A stretch of DNA of 32,000 nt, from the NCBI RefSeq assembly GCF_000039765.1, contig NC_004459.3:1770001-1802000 (forward strand), in the 5' to 3' direction. Shown one piece after another: positions 8,316 through 17,092 of the stretch (position 1 is its first letter; every line of letters starts with the position of its first letter). The position numbers were made by a program, and so were the translations under genes. The notes under the pieces were generated by a model. The model worked only from the letters and a program-made list of their open reading frames with translations, was not told the origin of the DNA and did no database searches. The stretch is from Vibrio vulnificus CMCP6. Its GTDB lineage: Bacteria > Pseudomonadota > Gammaproteobacteria > Enterobacterales > Vibrionaceae.

Positions 8316-9833
8316 TTAATCTTCGAGATCGCGCAATTCAGACCAAGTTTGCGCACATTTGACTGCGCGTTTCCAGCCTTTATAGCGTCGGCTGCGTTTC
8401 TCTTCATCTTGATGAGGAAGGAAGCTGCGGTCGATCTCTGCTTTGCCTTGAAGTTCATCAATACTGTTCCAGTACCCCACGGCTAAGCCCGCTAGGTACG
8501 CAGCGCCCAGCGCGGTCACTTCGGTGACTTTTGGACGATGCACTTCGGTATCAAGCACATCAGATTGGAACTGCATGAGGAAGTTGTTGGCGACAGCGCC
8601 GCCATCAACGCGTAGGGCAGAAAGCTTAATGCCTGAGTCTGCTTGCATTGCGTCCAGTACATCACGGGTTTGGTAGGCAATGCCTTCTAACGTTGCACGG
8701 ATGATGTGGTTTGAGTTAACGCCACGAGTGAGGCCAACAATGGTACCGCGAGCATAGGCATCCCAGTACGGTGCGCCTAAGCCCGTAAAGGCTGGCACCA
8801 CATACACGCCGTTTGAGGTGTCCACTTTTGTGGCGAAGTATTCGGAATCGTGCGCATCGGAAATCAGTTTCAGCTCATCACGCAGCCACTGAATCGAAGC
8901 GCCGCCCATAAATACCGCACCTTCCAGTGCGTAGGCTGGCTCACCTTTTGGTCCACACGCGAGTGTGGTCAACAAACCGTTGCGTGAGGTCACTTTCTCT
9001 TGTCCGGTGTTCATCAACAAGAAACAGCCAGTTCCGTAGGTATTTTTCGCTTGGCCAGCTTCAACACACATTTGGCCGTACAGCGCCGCTTGTTGGTCAC
9101 CCGCAATGCCTGAGATAGGAATACGCGTACCGCCTTTACCACCGATGTTGGTTTGGCCGTAAATTTCTGATGAGCGTTTTACTTCCGGCATCATTGACGC
9201 TGGAATGCCCATTTCTTCGAGCAGTTTGCTATCCCAACATAGGTCATTGATGTTGAACAGCATGGTGCGAGAGGCGTTGGTGTAGTCGGTGACGTGCACG
9301 CGGCCTTGGGTCATCTTCCAGACTAGCCAAGTATCGACAGTACCAAACAGCAGTTTGCCCGCTTCGGCGTCTTCACGTGCCCCTTCAACATTGTCGAGAA
9401 TCCATTTTACTTTGGTGCCCGAGAAGTAAGGGTCAAGTACAAGGCCGGTGTTTTCGCGAATGTAAGATTCCAATCCGCGCGCTTTTAGGTCCTCACAGAT
9501 GTCGGCGGTACGACGGCACTGCCAAACAATGGCGTTGTAAACAGGTTTGCCTGTTTCTTTGTTCCAAACGATGGTGGTTTCACGTTGGTTGGTGATACCG
9601 ATGGCAGCCACTTGGTCACTGCGGATGCCTTTTTTACCCAATGCTTCAACGAGTGTCGAGCTCTGAGTGGCGTAAATTTCCATTGGATCATGTTCTACCC
9701 AGCCTGCTTGTGGGTAAATCTGAGTGAATTCGCGCTGGGAGACAGAAACGATGTTCGCGTCGTGATCTAAAACCACAGCACGAGAGCTGGTGGTGCCTTG
9801 GTCCAGTGCAACGATGTACTTCTGCTCAGTCAT
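8316..9833 (-). CDS. glpK: glycerol kinase
   Basis: 505 aa; [28 protein letters not shown] and full-length FGGY-kinase similarity to GlpK. Confidence 0.98.
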   Translation of the reverse strand: MTEQKYIVALDQGTTSSRAVVLDHDANIVSVSQREFTQIYPQAGWVEHDPMEIYATQSSTLVEALGKKGIRSDQVAAIGITNQRETTIVWNKETGKPVYNAIVWQCRRTADICEDLKARGLESYIRENTGLVLDPYFSGTKVKWILDNVEGAREDAEAGKLLFGTVDTWLVWKMTQGRVHVTDYTNASRTMLFNINDLCWDSKLLEEMGIPASMMPEVKRSSEIYGQTNIGGKGGTRIPISGIAGDQQAALYGQMCVEAGQAKNTYGTGCFLLMNTGQEKVTSRNGLLTTLACGPKGEPAYALEGAVFMGGASIQWLRDELKLISDAHDSEYFATKVDTSNGVYVVPAFTGLGAPYWDAYARGTIVGLTRGVNSNHIIRATLEGIAYQTRDVLDAMQADSGIKLSALRVDGGAVANNFLMQFQSDVLDTEVHRPKVTEVTALGAAYLAGLAVGYWNSIDELQGKAEIDRSFLPHQDEEKRSRRYKGWKRAVKCAQTWSELRDLED

Positions 9834-9900
9834 GGTAGGATCCTTTTGTTTCGTTATTACTATTTTAGTTAATTCTGTGTCGTTCAGTGCAAGCGGCTAA

Positions 9901-10752
9901 TTACGCGCGTGCTTCTTTGGCTTCTTCTTCCGTTTCACATTGGTTCGGAATGGTGCAACCTGAGCCTACTTTCGGTAAGTATGCCGCAATCGCTTTTGGA
10001 TAGAGCCAACCACCAAAACACGCACCGGCAATTGGCGCCAAAATCGGTACGATGAAGTAAGGAATGTCTCGACCACCGCTTAGGGCGTAATCCCAACCTG
10101 CGAAGTAAGCGAACAGTTTTGGTCCGAAGTCACGTGCTGGGTTCATAGCGAAGCCCGTTAGTGGACCTAATGAACCACCGATCACCGCAATCAAGATACC
10201 AATCAACAGTGGGTTCATCGCGCCACGCGGTGCACCATTATGTTCGTCACCTAAGGCGAGGATGGCAAACATCAACACTGCAGTAATGACAAATTCCACC
10301 GCAAACGCACCAAAGAAGGAGAGTGAAGCGTGTGGGTAGGTGGAGAAGATGCCTGCTGTAGCAAGGGCTTCTTGGCTGCTGCGAACAAAGTTATGCGCGA
10401 TCTCGTAGTCAGTAAACAAGTTGCTGTAGAGGGTATAAACCAGAGCCGCAGAGCAGAATGCGCCCAGTAACTGCGCGATGATGTAAGGGACCACTTTCGC
10501 TTTATCGAAGCCGTGGAATGCCGCTAAGGCAATGGTGACCGCGGGGTTGATGTGCGCGCCGGATACCCCAGCCGTACAGTAAATCGCGATCGAGACACCA
10601 AAGCCCCACACGATACTGATTTCCCATTGGCCGAACTGAGCACCAGCAAGCACCAGTGCTGCCACGCAGCCAACACCGAAAAAGATAAGTAGCCCTGTGC
10701 CGATGAATTCGGCCAGGCACTCTCCGAAAAGAGTGTGTTTTTTGTTAGTCAT
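9901..10752 (-). CDS. glpF: glycerol uptake facilitator (aquaglyceroporin)
   Basis: MIP family with two NPA/NPAR motifs (GAHINPAVTIALA and MNPARDFGPKL), located upstream of glpK. Confidence 0.97.
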   Translation of the reverse strand: MTNKKHTLFGECLAEFIGTGLLIFFGVGCVAALVLAGAQFGQWEISIVWGFGVSIAIYCTAGVSGAHINPAVTIALAAFHGFDKAKVVPYIIAQLLGAFCSAALVYTLYSNLFTDYEIAHNFVRSSQEALATAGIFSTYPHASLSFFGAFAVEFVITAVLMFAILALGDEHNGAPRGAMNPLLIGILIAVIGGSLGPLTGFAMNPARDFGPKLFAYFAGWDYALSGGRDIPYFIVPILAPIAGACFGGWLYPKAIAAYLPKVGSGCTIPNQCETEEEAKEARA

Positions 10753-10859
10753 GGTAAGCGTCCTTTAAGTTCACGTTATTTGTGCTTTTTATTATCTACT
10801 GCATGCACACAAGCTATTTTGCACATTTAAACGATTGCGAAAATAAACAAACACTCAAA

Positions 10860-10875
10860 ATGCGCGTTCGAGCAT
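10860..10875. promoter_or_regulatory. candidate GlpR operator upstream of glpF
   Basis: ATGCGCG-TT-CGAGCAT, 6/7 symmetric half sites, same spacing as the glpD-upstream site. Confidence 0.45.
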
Positions 10876-11189
10876 AAATTCATTAATGAAAGGTAGGTTT
10901 TTTGTTAATTAAGTCATCATTTGAACTTTTTCACTCTTACGGATAAGAAGGCAGCAATAAATCAGCTTCCGTAAGCAATGTTAAAGGAGGTATAGGTGTG
11001 ATGAATGAGTGTAAGTGGCTGTGAATATTACATTTAATTAACGTAAGCGTCTGAAGCTTGTTGTGGAAATGTGATATGAGTTTCGTTGTCTATTGCTGTT
11101 TGGATACGATCTCAGCAGATTGATACAGTTCTGGTCGTACCAATTGGAGTGAAAAGGAAAGCAAAGTGGTTGAGGGCAAATTTTCGAAA

Positions 11190-11217
11190 AAGAAAAGCCC
11201 TTCAGTGATGAAGGGCT
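11190..11217 (-). terminator. Rho-independent terminator downstream of dapD
   Basis: agcccttca-gtga-tgaagggct followed by TTTTCTTTTT on the minus strand. Confidence 0.85.
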
Positions 11218-11247
11218 CGAACTAACACTATCTCAGAATGCTCGAGA

Positions 11248-12279
11248 TTAGTTGTTTTTGTGCAGCTCGCTGTTGAGCTCTACCGCAGTTTTGTTCGCCA
11301 AGCATTCAATTTGGCCAGTCACTGAGTTGCGACGGAACAGTAGGTCAGATACGCCTGCTAAATCGCGCGCTTTAACCATTTCAACTTCTTGGCCTGTGGA
11401 ATCAAGCATGCGCACTTTAGATCCAGCGGTGACGTAAAGGCCAGATTCTACCGTACAGCGATCACCCAGTGGGAAACCAAGGCCTGCGTTTGCGCCAAGT
11501 AGTGAGTTTTCACCAATAGACACAACCACTTTACCACCGCCAGATAGGGTACCCATGATCGACGCGCCGCCACCAATGTCAGAACCGTTACCGACAACAA
11601 CGCCCGCAGAGATTCGGCCTTCAACCATGCTTACACCTGTGGTGCCCGCATTGAAGTTAATGAAGCCTTCGTGCATGACAGTTGTGCCTTCACCAACGTG
11701 AGCACCAAGACGCACGCGAGACGTGTCCGCGATACGCACGCCTGTTGGTACCACGTAATCCACCATTTTAGGGAACTTGTCGACGCAATCGACAGTGAGT
11801 ACACGGCCAGCTAAACGCGCTTCGATTTGGCGTTCTGCCAGTTCAGGCAGATCGATTGGACCTTCGTTGGTCCATGCGATGTTGTGCAATAGACCGAAAA
11901 TGCCGTCCAGTACAGTACCGTGTGGTTGAACTAGGCGGTTAGAGATGAGTTGCAGTTTTAGGAAACCTTCAGCAACGGTTTGTGGCTGCTCGTCAGTAGC
12001 AAGAATAACCAGTACCAGTGGTTGTGTTGACTCTGCCGCTTTTGCTGCGAAAGAGGCGTTTGCTGCATCACCATTTGCTTGGAACGCTGCTGCCAGTTCT
12101 GCACTTTGCGCCGCAGAGATCTCGATAGCTTGGTTGCCTTGCTCGTAGCCCGCAACGGCTGCTAGAGCGTTGACTAACGCCTCGCTTGGGTTAAGAACTG
12201 GGTTTGGAAAAAACGCTTCGATGATTTTGCCGTCGCGGTTTTTGGTTGCCGTACCAAAGGCGAGAGAAAAGAAAGCCAT
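11248..12279 (-). CDS. dapD: 2,3,4,5-tetrahydropyridine-2,6-dicarboxylate N-succinyltransferase
   Basis: 343-aa protein with left-handed beta-helix hexapeptide region (VRLGAHVGEGTTVMHEGFINFNAGTTG...GRISAGVVVGNGSDIGGGASIMG); matches the long DapD form; GGAG ribosome-binding site upstream. Confidence 0.93.
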   Translation of the reverse strand: MAFFSLAFGTATKNRDGKIIEAFFPNPVLNPSEALVNALAAVAGYEQGNQAIEISAAQSAELAAAFQANGDAANASFAAKAAESTQPLVLVILATDEQPQTVAEGFLKLQLISNRLVQPHGTVLDGIFGLLHNIAWTNEGPIDLPELAERQIEARLAGRVLTVDCVDKFPKMVDYVVPTGVRIADTSRVRLGAHVGEGTTVMHEGFINFNAGTTGVSMVEGRISAGVVVGNGSDIGGGASIMGTLSGGGKVVVSIGENSLLGANAGLGFPLGDRCTVESGLYVTAGSKVRMLDSTGQEVEMVKARDLAGVSDLLFRRNSVTGQIECLANKTAVELNSELHKNN

Positions 12280-12362
12280 AGTTGATCTCCATGTGTTGAG
12301 TCTTTGTCACGCGCCATTCACTGGCAAGCGCTGGAATTAAGTTATAGCCATCATAAAGAGAC

Positions 12363-12399
12363 AAAAAAAGACTTTAAACCCCTCAAAGGGAGAAAGTCT
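12363..12399 (-). promoter_or_regulatory. intrinsic-terminator-like hairpin in the dapD 5' leader (candidate attenuator)
   Basis: Minus strand AGACTTTCTCCCTTTGAGGGGTTTAAAGTCT followed by T7, about 84 nt before the dapD start. Confidence 0.5.
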
Positions 12400-12470
12400 G
12401 TAGATGGATACCCTTTGTCTTTTTAACGATATATTTCTTCGTATGGCTATTTTGTATTTTGTCGCCAAAA

Positions 12471-12502
12471 TCAAAACCGCCGCACAGGGCGACGGTTTTA
12501 TT
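12471..12502 (-). terminator. probable terminator downstream of yebG
   Basis: aaaaccg(ccgcacagggcga)cggtttt inverted repeat immediately after the yebG stop. Confidence 0.5.
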
Positions 12503-12520
12503 CGACATGGGTTGCGAAGA

Positions 12521-12835
12521 TTAAGCGGCGTCTTCTGCTGATTCGTCTTCGTCGGCTGCGTTATCCGCAACCGCGGCTAGTTTCTTTTCTTTCTTCGGCG
12601 TTGGGCGGCGTTTTGCGCCTAGCGCGTAAAGAAGCTCTTCTTTGTTCTGAGCGAGGAACATCGCCAAGTCTTCTTGTTTGCCTTCATCTTCAAGAAGATC
12701 GCTTTTACCTAGTAAGTCGAAAAGCTCATCTGCCATATCCAGCATTTTGTCGTATGCGTCAGCTTCCGCTTTAGAGGTAAAAGTCATTTTCTCTTCTCCG
12801 TTGCGTTCTACCACGTACTTGACGATAACAGCCAT
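12521..12835 (-). CDS. yebG: YebG family SOS-response protein
   Basis: MAVIVKYVVERNGEEKMTFTSKAEADAYDKMLDMAD matches the YebG N terminus; LexA box directly upstream. Confidence 0.93.
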   Translation of the reverse strand: MAVIVKYVVERNGEEKMTFTSKAEADAYDKMLDMADELFDLLGKSDLLEDEGKQEDLAMFLAQNKEELLYALGAKRRPTPKKEKKLAAVADNAADEDESAEDAA

Positions 12836-12869
12836 GGTTAATCCTCTAAGTTAAATAGTCCAGAATTTG

Positions 12870-12889
12870 TACTGTGTGTTTATACAGCT
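12870..12889. promoter_or_regulatory. LexA (SOS) box upstream of yebG
   Basis: taCTGTgtgtttatACAGct: exact CTGT-N8-ACAG core. Confidence 0.88.
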
Positions 12890-12939
12890 TTTCATCAGTA
12901 ATGTCCATTGACTCGCGTCAAAATGAGAGCTGAATTCCG

Positions 12940-13836
12940 CTATCGTTCGGGATGCCAATGATGGCAAAAATCGATAAAGGCTTTAAGTAACGGACTTTGA
13001 TACTTTTCTTTGTGCACCAGCAGCCAAAAGCGGCGCTTCATATCGAGCGGCATCGGGATCATTTTGACGCGACCATCTCGCACGGCATGGTCAGCCGAGA
13101 GACGGGATAAGCAACCAAGCCCAAGTCCTGCGGAAACCGAATTGATCAACGCTTCGGTGGTGTTGAGCTGAAAGGCTTCATGCCAATGTTCAATGCGTGG
13201 CGCGATGACTCGATGGAAAAACTCACGCGAGCCAGAGCCGGCTTCGCGCAAAATCCACTGACTGTTCTCCAGCTCAGTGAGTGAAATTGAGCCATTCAGT
13301 TCAAGGGGAAAATCGGGCGGACAAATCACACACATTTCGTCCTCGCTAAACTGGGTCGCATTCAGCTCGGGATGCAGTGTTTTGCCTTCAATCAGGGCGA
13401 TATCAAGCTCGTAATCCACCAACATATCGCAGATCTGCGCCGAATTAGAAATGAACAGGCTCTGTGCTTGATGCTGGGTGTGGCGGCGAAAATCGCTGAG
13501 TAAATAAGGCGCAACTTGGTTGCCGATGGTGTCGCTGGCGCCAATACGAAGTTGGCCTGACAGTGTCATATCTTGATCAAACAGCGACTCAATCGCGCTG
13601 GCTCGGCTCAACAGCTCATCGGCCAATGGCAACAGTTTTTGCCCTTCTTGATTGAGAATCAAACGGTTATTAACGCGATCAAACAGATGATGACCAATTT
13701 GCTTCTCCAACTCGGACAGCGCCATGCTCACTGCCGCTTTGGAAAGAAAGAGACTTTCCGAAGCGGCGGTGAGCGTGTTGTGCTGAGTGATGGTGGTAAA
13801 CACTTTGAGTTGTTTCAGAGAAATGTGACTTGCCAT
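12940..13836 (-). CDS. LysR-family transcriptional regulator, YeiE-like
   Basis: LysR HTH (LKQLKVFTTITQHNTLTAASESLFLSKAAVSMALSELEKQIGHHLFDR) and a YeiE-like effector domain (LRIGASDTIGNQVAPY, WILREAGSGSRE). Confidence 0.93.
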   Translation of the reverse strand: MASHISLKQLKVFTTITQHNTLTAASESLFLSKAAVSMALSELEKQIGHHLFDRVNNRLILNQEGQKLLPLADELLSRASAIESLFDQDMTLSGQLRIGASDTIGNQVAPYLLSDFRRHTQHQAQSLFISNSAQICDMLVDYELDIALIEGKTLHPELNATQFSEDEMCVICPPDFPLELNGSISLTELENSQWILREAGSGSREFFHRVIAPRIEHWHEAFQLNTTEALINSVSAGLGLGCLSRLSADHAVRDGRVKMIPMPLDMKRRFWLLVHKEKYQSPLLKAFIDFCHHWHPER

Positions 13837-13941
13837 GCTCTCTCGTTAAATAATCTTGAACGTCGGTTCTAAATAATTAGATATCTTCAAACATTAAGCA
13901 AGCATAAAATAGCGCCATACAAAGATAGCCTTGTTGAGGTC

Positions 13942-14922
13942 GTGATGATTCAAAGAACAAAAGCAAAAGTAATGGGCGCTCCAACACCGATGGCAGGTTT
14001 GGCGCTTGGTATTGCGAGCTTAGGCTGGAGTTGGGAAAACTTGGCAACATTAAACGGCTATGGACAGTGGATAAGTGCGGCAATTGCCAGCGGTTTGCTG
14101 GTTATCTTGGCGGTGAAATTTCTCTTTCATCACCACTTATTGAGACAAGATTTAGCCCATCCAGTGGTGGGCAGTGTGGTGCCGACATTCGCCATGGCGA
14201 CCATGGTGGTTTCCAATTCGATTGGCCACTTTTCACCGTTGCTGGGGGATACGATCTGGTCAGTGGCGGTGGCATTGCACATCGTATTTTTACTCAGTTT
14301 TGTCTATCACCGCGCGAAAGATTTCGAACTTCATCATATGGTGCCAAGTTGGTTTGTACCCCCGGTCGGTATTATCGTTGCTGATGTTTCTTTCTCAGGC
14401 AACCCAGTGCTTGCTCCCGTAGCGCACGGTGCTTTGGTGTTTGGTATGGTGGCCTACGCGGTGATGTTACCGGTCATGATCTACCGCTTTATGTTTACTC
14501 ATGAAGTCCCTGATGCGGCTAAACCAACGATGGCGATCATGGCCGCACCAGCAAGCCTTTCATTGGCCGGTTATTTAACTGTGACGGCTCAACCTTCGCC
14601 AGTGATTATTGCGTTGCTATTTGGTATTGCCGTGCTGATGACGGCGATTATTTATCTCGCGTTTGTTAAGTTGCTTCGTTTGCCTTTTAGCCCTGGCTAT
14701 GCGGCGTTTACTTTCCCAATGGTAATTGGTGCCACTGCGCTGTTTAAAATGGCTAACTGGATGCAACACGCAGGTTTGGGCAGCCACTATGTTGAACAAG
14801 TGAGAATGCTGGCTGGCGTCGAGCTATTGGTGGCCACCGTTGTGGTGGGATACGTCGCGGTGCAATACTTCTACAATTTAGTGGTGTTGCCAAAACGCAA
14901 CGTGCTTGGAAAATTCGCCTAG
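13942..14922 (+). CDS. TDT-family (TehA/SSU1-like) transporter
   Basis: 326-aa, about 10-TM protein with the TDT-type start (PTPMAGLALGIASLGWSW) and PPVGIIVAD motif; divergent from the LysR gene. Confidence 0.85.
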   Translation: MMIQRTKAKVMGAPTPMAGLALGIASLGWSWENLATLNGYGQWISAAIASGLLVILAVKFLFHHHLLRQDLAHPVVGSVVPTFAMATMVVSNSIGHFSPLLGDTIWSVAVALHIVFLLSFVYHRAKDFELHHMVPSWFVPPVGIIVADVSFSGNPVLAPVAHGALVFGMVAYAVMLPVMIYRFMFTHEVPDAAKPTMAIMAAPASLSLAGYLTVTAQPSPVIIALLFGIAVLMTAIIYLAFVKLLRLPFSPGYAAFTFPMVIGATALFKMANWMQHAGLGSHYVEQVRMLAGVELLVATVVVGYVAVQYFYNLVVLPKRNVLGKFA

Positions 14923-14942
14923 TGTCGAATGGTGTAGAAGTG

Positions 14943-14979
14943 AAAAAACGCCTCGCAGTTCATCATGCGAGGCGTTTTT
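14943..14979. terminator. strong bidirectional terminator
   Basis: aaaaacgcctcgca-gttcatca-tgcgaggcgttttt between convergent genes. Confidence 0.92.
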
Positions 14980-15003
14980 GTTTAGCGGCGAGAAAAACGG
15001 TCG

Positions 15004-16842
15004 TTAGCCCTTGTGATAGAAGCGCGACATCAGCTCCAGTGACTGCTGAATCACATTAACAGGCACTTTATGGTCCTTAACTATCTTCAATTGGTTGTTG
15101 AGCTGTTTTGAGTTCCCTGCGGGGTTAACCACCATCATCATCTCTTGGCCGACGAGTGCATAGTTGTAGTAGCTCCCCGCGATAAACCAATCTCGAGATT
15201 TGGTCGCGTCGAACAAGTTGTCGCCGACGCTGAAATCTGCGGTATTAATTTTATTATCAAAGAGCATTTCCATCAGCGTGGGCACCACATCAAAGTGGGT
15301 GGTGCGATAATCGTAAGTCTTGGCGGTTTGGCCAGGTGCGTAGATGTACAACGGCACGTGGATTTGCGCTTGGCTGTAATTGCCAGAATGCCCCCAATAG
15401 TTCATGCGATTATCGTTAAACTCTTCACCATGATCCGAGGTGATGACCACGATGGTGTTCTCCAAATCAATCTTGCTCAGTACTTTGCCGATTAAGCCAT
15501 CAATGTAGTAGAGCGAATTCTTATAGCGATTATGGTACAGCTCAGCATCAAAATCGTTGTTGAGCAAGATATGATCCACGCGTTCCCAATACGGTGTGAA
15601 TTTCGCACCTTCTGGTTCAGGAAATTCGGTGCCATGGGCAGAGTCGTAGAACAGAAAACCGAAATAGGGCTGATCACTTGGCTGCGCTTCAAAGGCGATA
15701 AAATCTTCAGTAATACGCGCGTCGCGTTCAACTTGTGTTGCTCCTGGCGTCTTCAAGCGCAGATCTTTGACGTTTTTAAAGACAGTGCGTGACAAAGGAG
15801 GGCTGGTCAGCGACGCTGAACCGAAGATCCCCATGCGATATCCGGCGCTTTGCAGGCTATCCATAAACACTGGAGCGGTTTGACTGGCGTAAAAACTGTC
15901 CCAATAGGTGGCAGGCAGGCTATAGAACAGGCTAAACATGCCCGCTTGGGTAGAATTGCCGCCACTCATGTGCTGCGAAAAGTTGGCCGTCTTTTGTGCA
16001 AATTGGCTGACGTTAGGCATAATTTCTGCCGTGGCGTCGCTGTGTCGCCAAGCGTCCACTAAGATAAACAGCACGTTGGGCTGTTTTGTTTGTGTCGGTA
16101 AGCTGACGGGCTCAAGTGGGTAGTCCAGTTGACTGCCCTCGACGTTTTTCAACTCAACGCGATTTTGCGCCGCAATCTTTTCATCGACAAAGCCGTTTTT
16201 GTACATGAAAGAGCGGGCGGTGAGTGGGTAATAAAGCGGCCAGTTATTGGTAAATTGGCTGACTTCATTGTCGTACAACGCATTTTTATACGCATGCACC
16301 ATTTGGCTGCTCAGCAACATCACAAACCATAATGCGACAAAAGCGAATTTGAGTTTGCTGTTAGCGAGAAGCTTGCTGAGCCATACCGCGATGGCGAGGC
16401 CAATGAACATCACCGCAATCTCCGAGATGAAAATCAACCAACTTAACCAAGAGATATTGAAGACTTCGTTCCCGCCATCAAAAAACATGCGGATCAGCAA
16501 GCCATTGATATGAAATTTGTAGTGTTGGAAAACCGTGATATCGATCTTCAGCGCAATCACTAACAGAGCGGCAAGTGTGATGACGATGCCTTTGAACAGT
16601 CGAGTTGGCAACAGTGTCAGTGGAAGACTGAGCAGCATGATGGGTAAGCTGAGTAAACCGAGCCAGCCCAGCTGGGTTGCAATAAGATAGAAGCTTTGTA
16701 GTCCCGATAGATCTTGAGAGGGATCGGATGAGAGTACAAACGGGTAACAGGCGATGGACAGATAAACCGTGAAGCAAGCAAAAAAAGCAATCAGCCACGC
16801 GCTATTGGAGGAGAGTTTTCGCAACATCTTTTTGAATCCCAT
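15004..16842 (-). CDS. YejM/PbgA-like inner-membrane sulfatase-family protein (DUF3413 plus sulfatase domain)
   Basis: 612-aa ORF: N-terminal TM segments followed by a periplasmic alkaline-phosphatase-superfamily domain (PNVLFILVDAWRHSDATAEIMPNVSQFA, VVITSDHGEEFNDNRMNYWGHSGNYSQAQIHVPL). Confidence 0.88.
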   Translation of the reverse strand: MGFKKMLRKLSSNSAWLIAFFACFTVYLSIACYPFVLSSDPSQDLSGLQSFYLIATQLGWLGLLSLPIMLLSLPLTLLPTRLFKGIVITLAALLVIALKIDITVFQHYKFHINGLLIRMFFDGGNEVFNISWLSWLIFISEIAVMFIGLAIAVWLSKLLANSKLKFAFVALWFVMLLSSQMVHAYKNALYDNEVSQFTNNWPLYYPLTARSFMYKNGFVDEKIAAQNRVELKNVEGSQLDYPLEPVSLPTQTKQPNVLFILVDAWRHSDATAEIMPNVSQFAQKTANFSQHMSGGNSTQAGMFSLFYSLPATYWDSFYASQTAPVFMDSLQSAGYRMGIFGSASLTSPPLSRTVFKNVKDLRLKTPGATQVERDARITEDFIAFEAQPSDQPYFGFLFYDSAHGTEFPEPEGAKFTPYWERVDHILLNNDFDAELYHNRYKNSLYYIDGLIGKVLSKIDLENTIVVITSDHGEEFNDNRMNYWGHSGNYSQAQIHVPLYIYAPGQTAKTYDYRTTHFDVVPTLMEMLFDNKINTADFSVGDNLFDATKSRDWFIAGSYYNYALVGQEMMMVVNPAGNSKQLNNQLKIVKDHKVPVNVIQQSLELMSRFYHKG

Positions 16843-17092
16843 AGCGAGTTATAAATAATTTTGATAAAAACGAGCGGAAGTATAAAACAGTGTTTTTTAA
16901 CTTTAAAGACGTGAAGCGTGTCACATTTGGTACGGAAGTGTAATTTTCTCCTGACAATGTCTTTTGCTGACAAACTGACCAAGAATCGCTACCGATATAA
17001 CCTTTCTGGAAATCAGTGAGTTAGAACTATGTGGCCACTCAGCGAGCTGTGCTAAGCTAACGCTTAGTGATTGTCTTTCCGGAAGCTAACTC

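Noticed and set aside
12280-12500. Lysine riboswitch upstream of dapD
   Set aside because: Considered because dapD is in lysine biosynthesis. The leader is short and simple, and I cannot identify the conserved five-helix L-box core.
12337-12570. 77-aa minus-strand ORF between yebG and dapD
   Set aside because: It overlaps the yebG 3' end, its terminator and the dapD leader hairpin; no recognisable domain. Most likely fortuitous.
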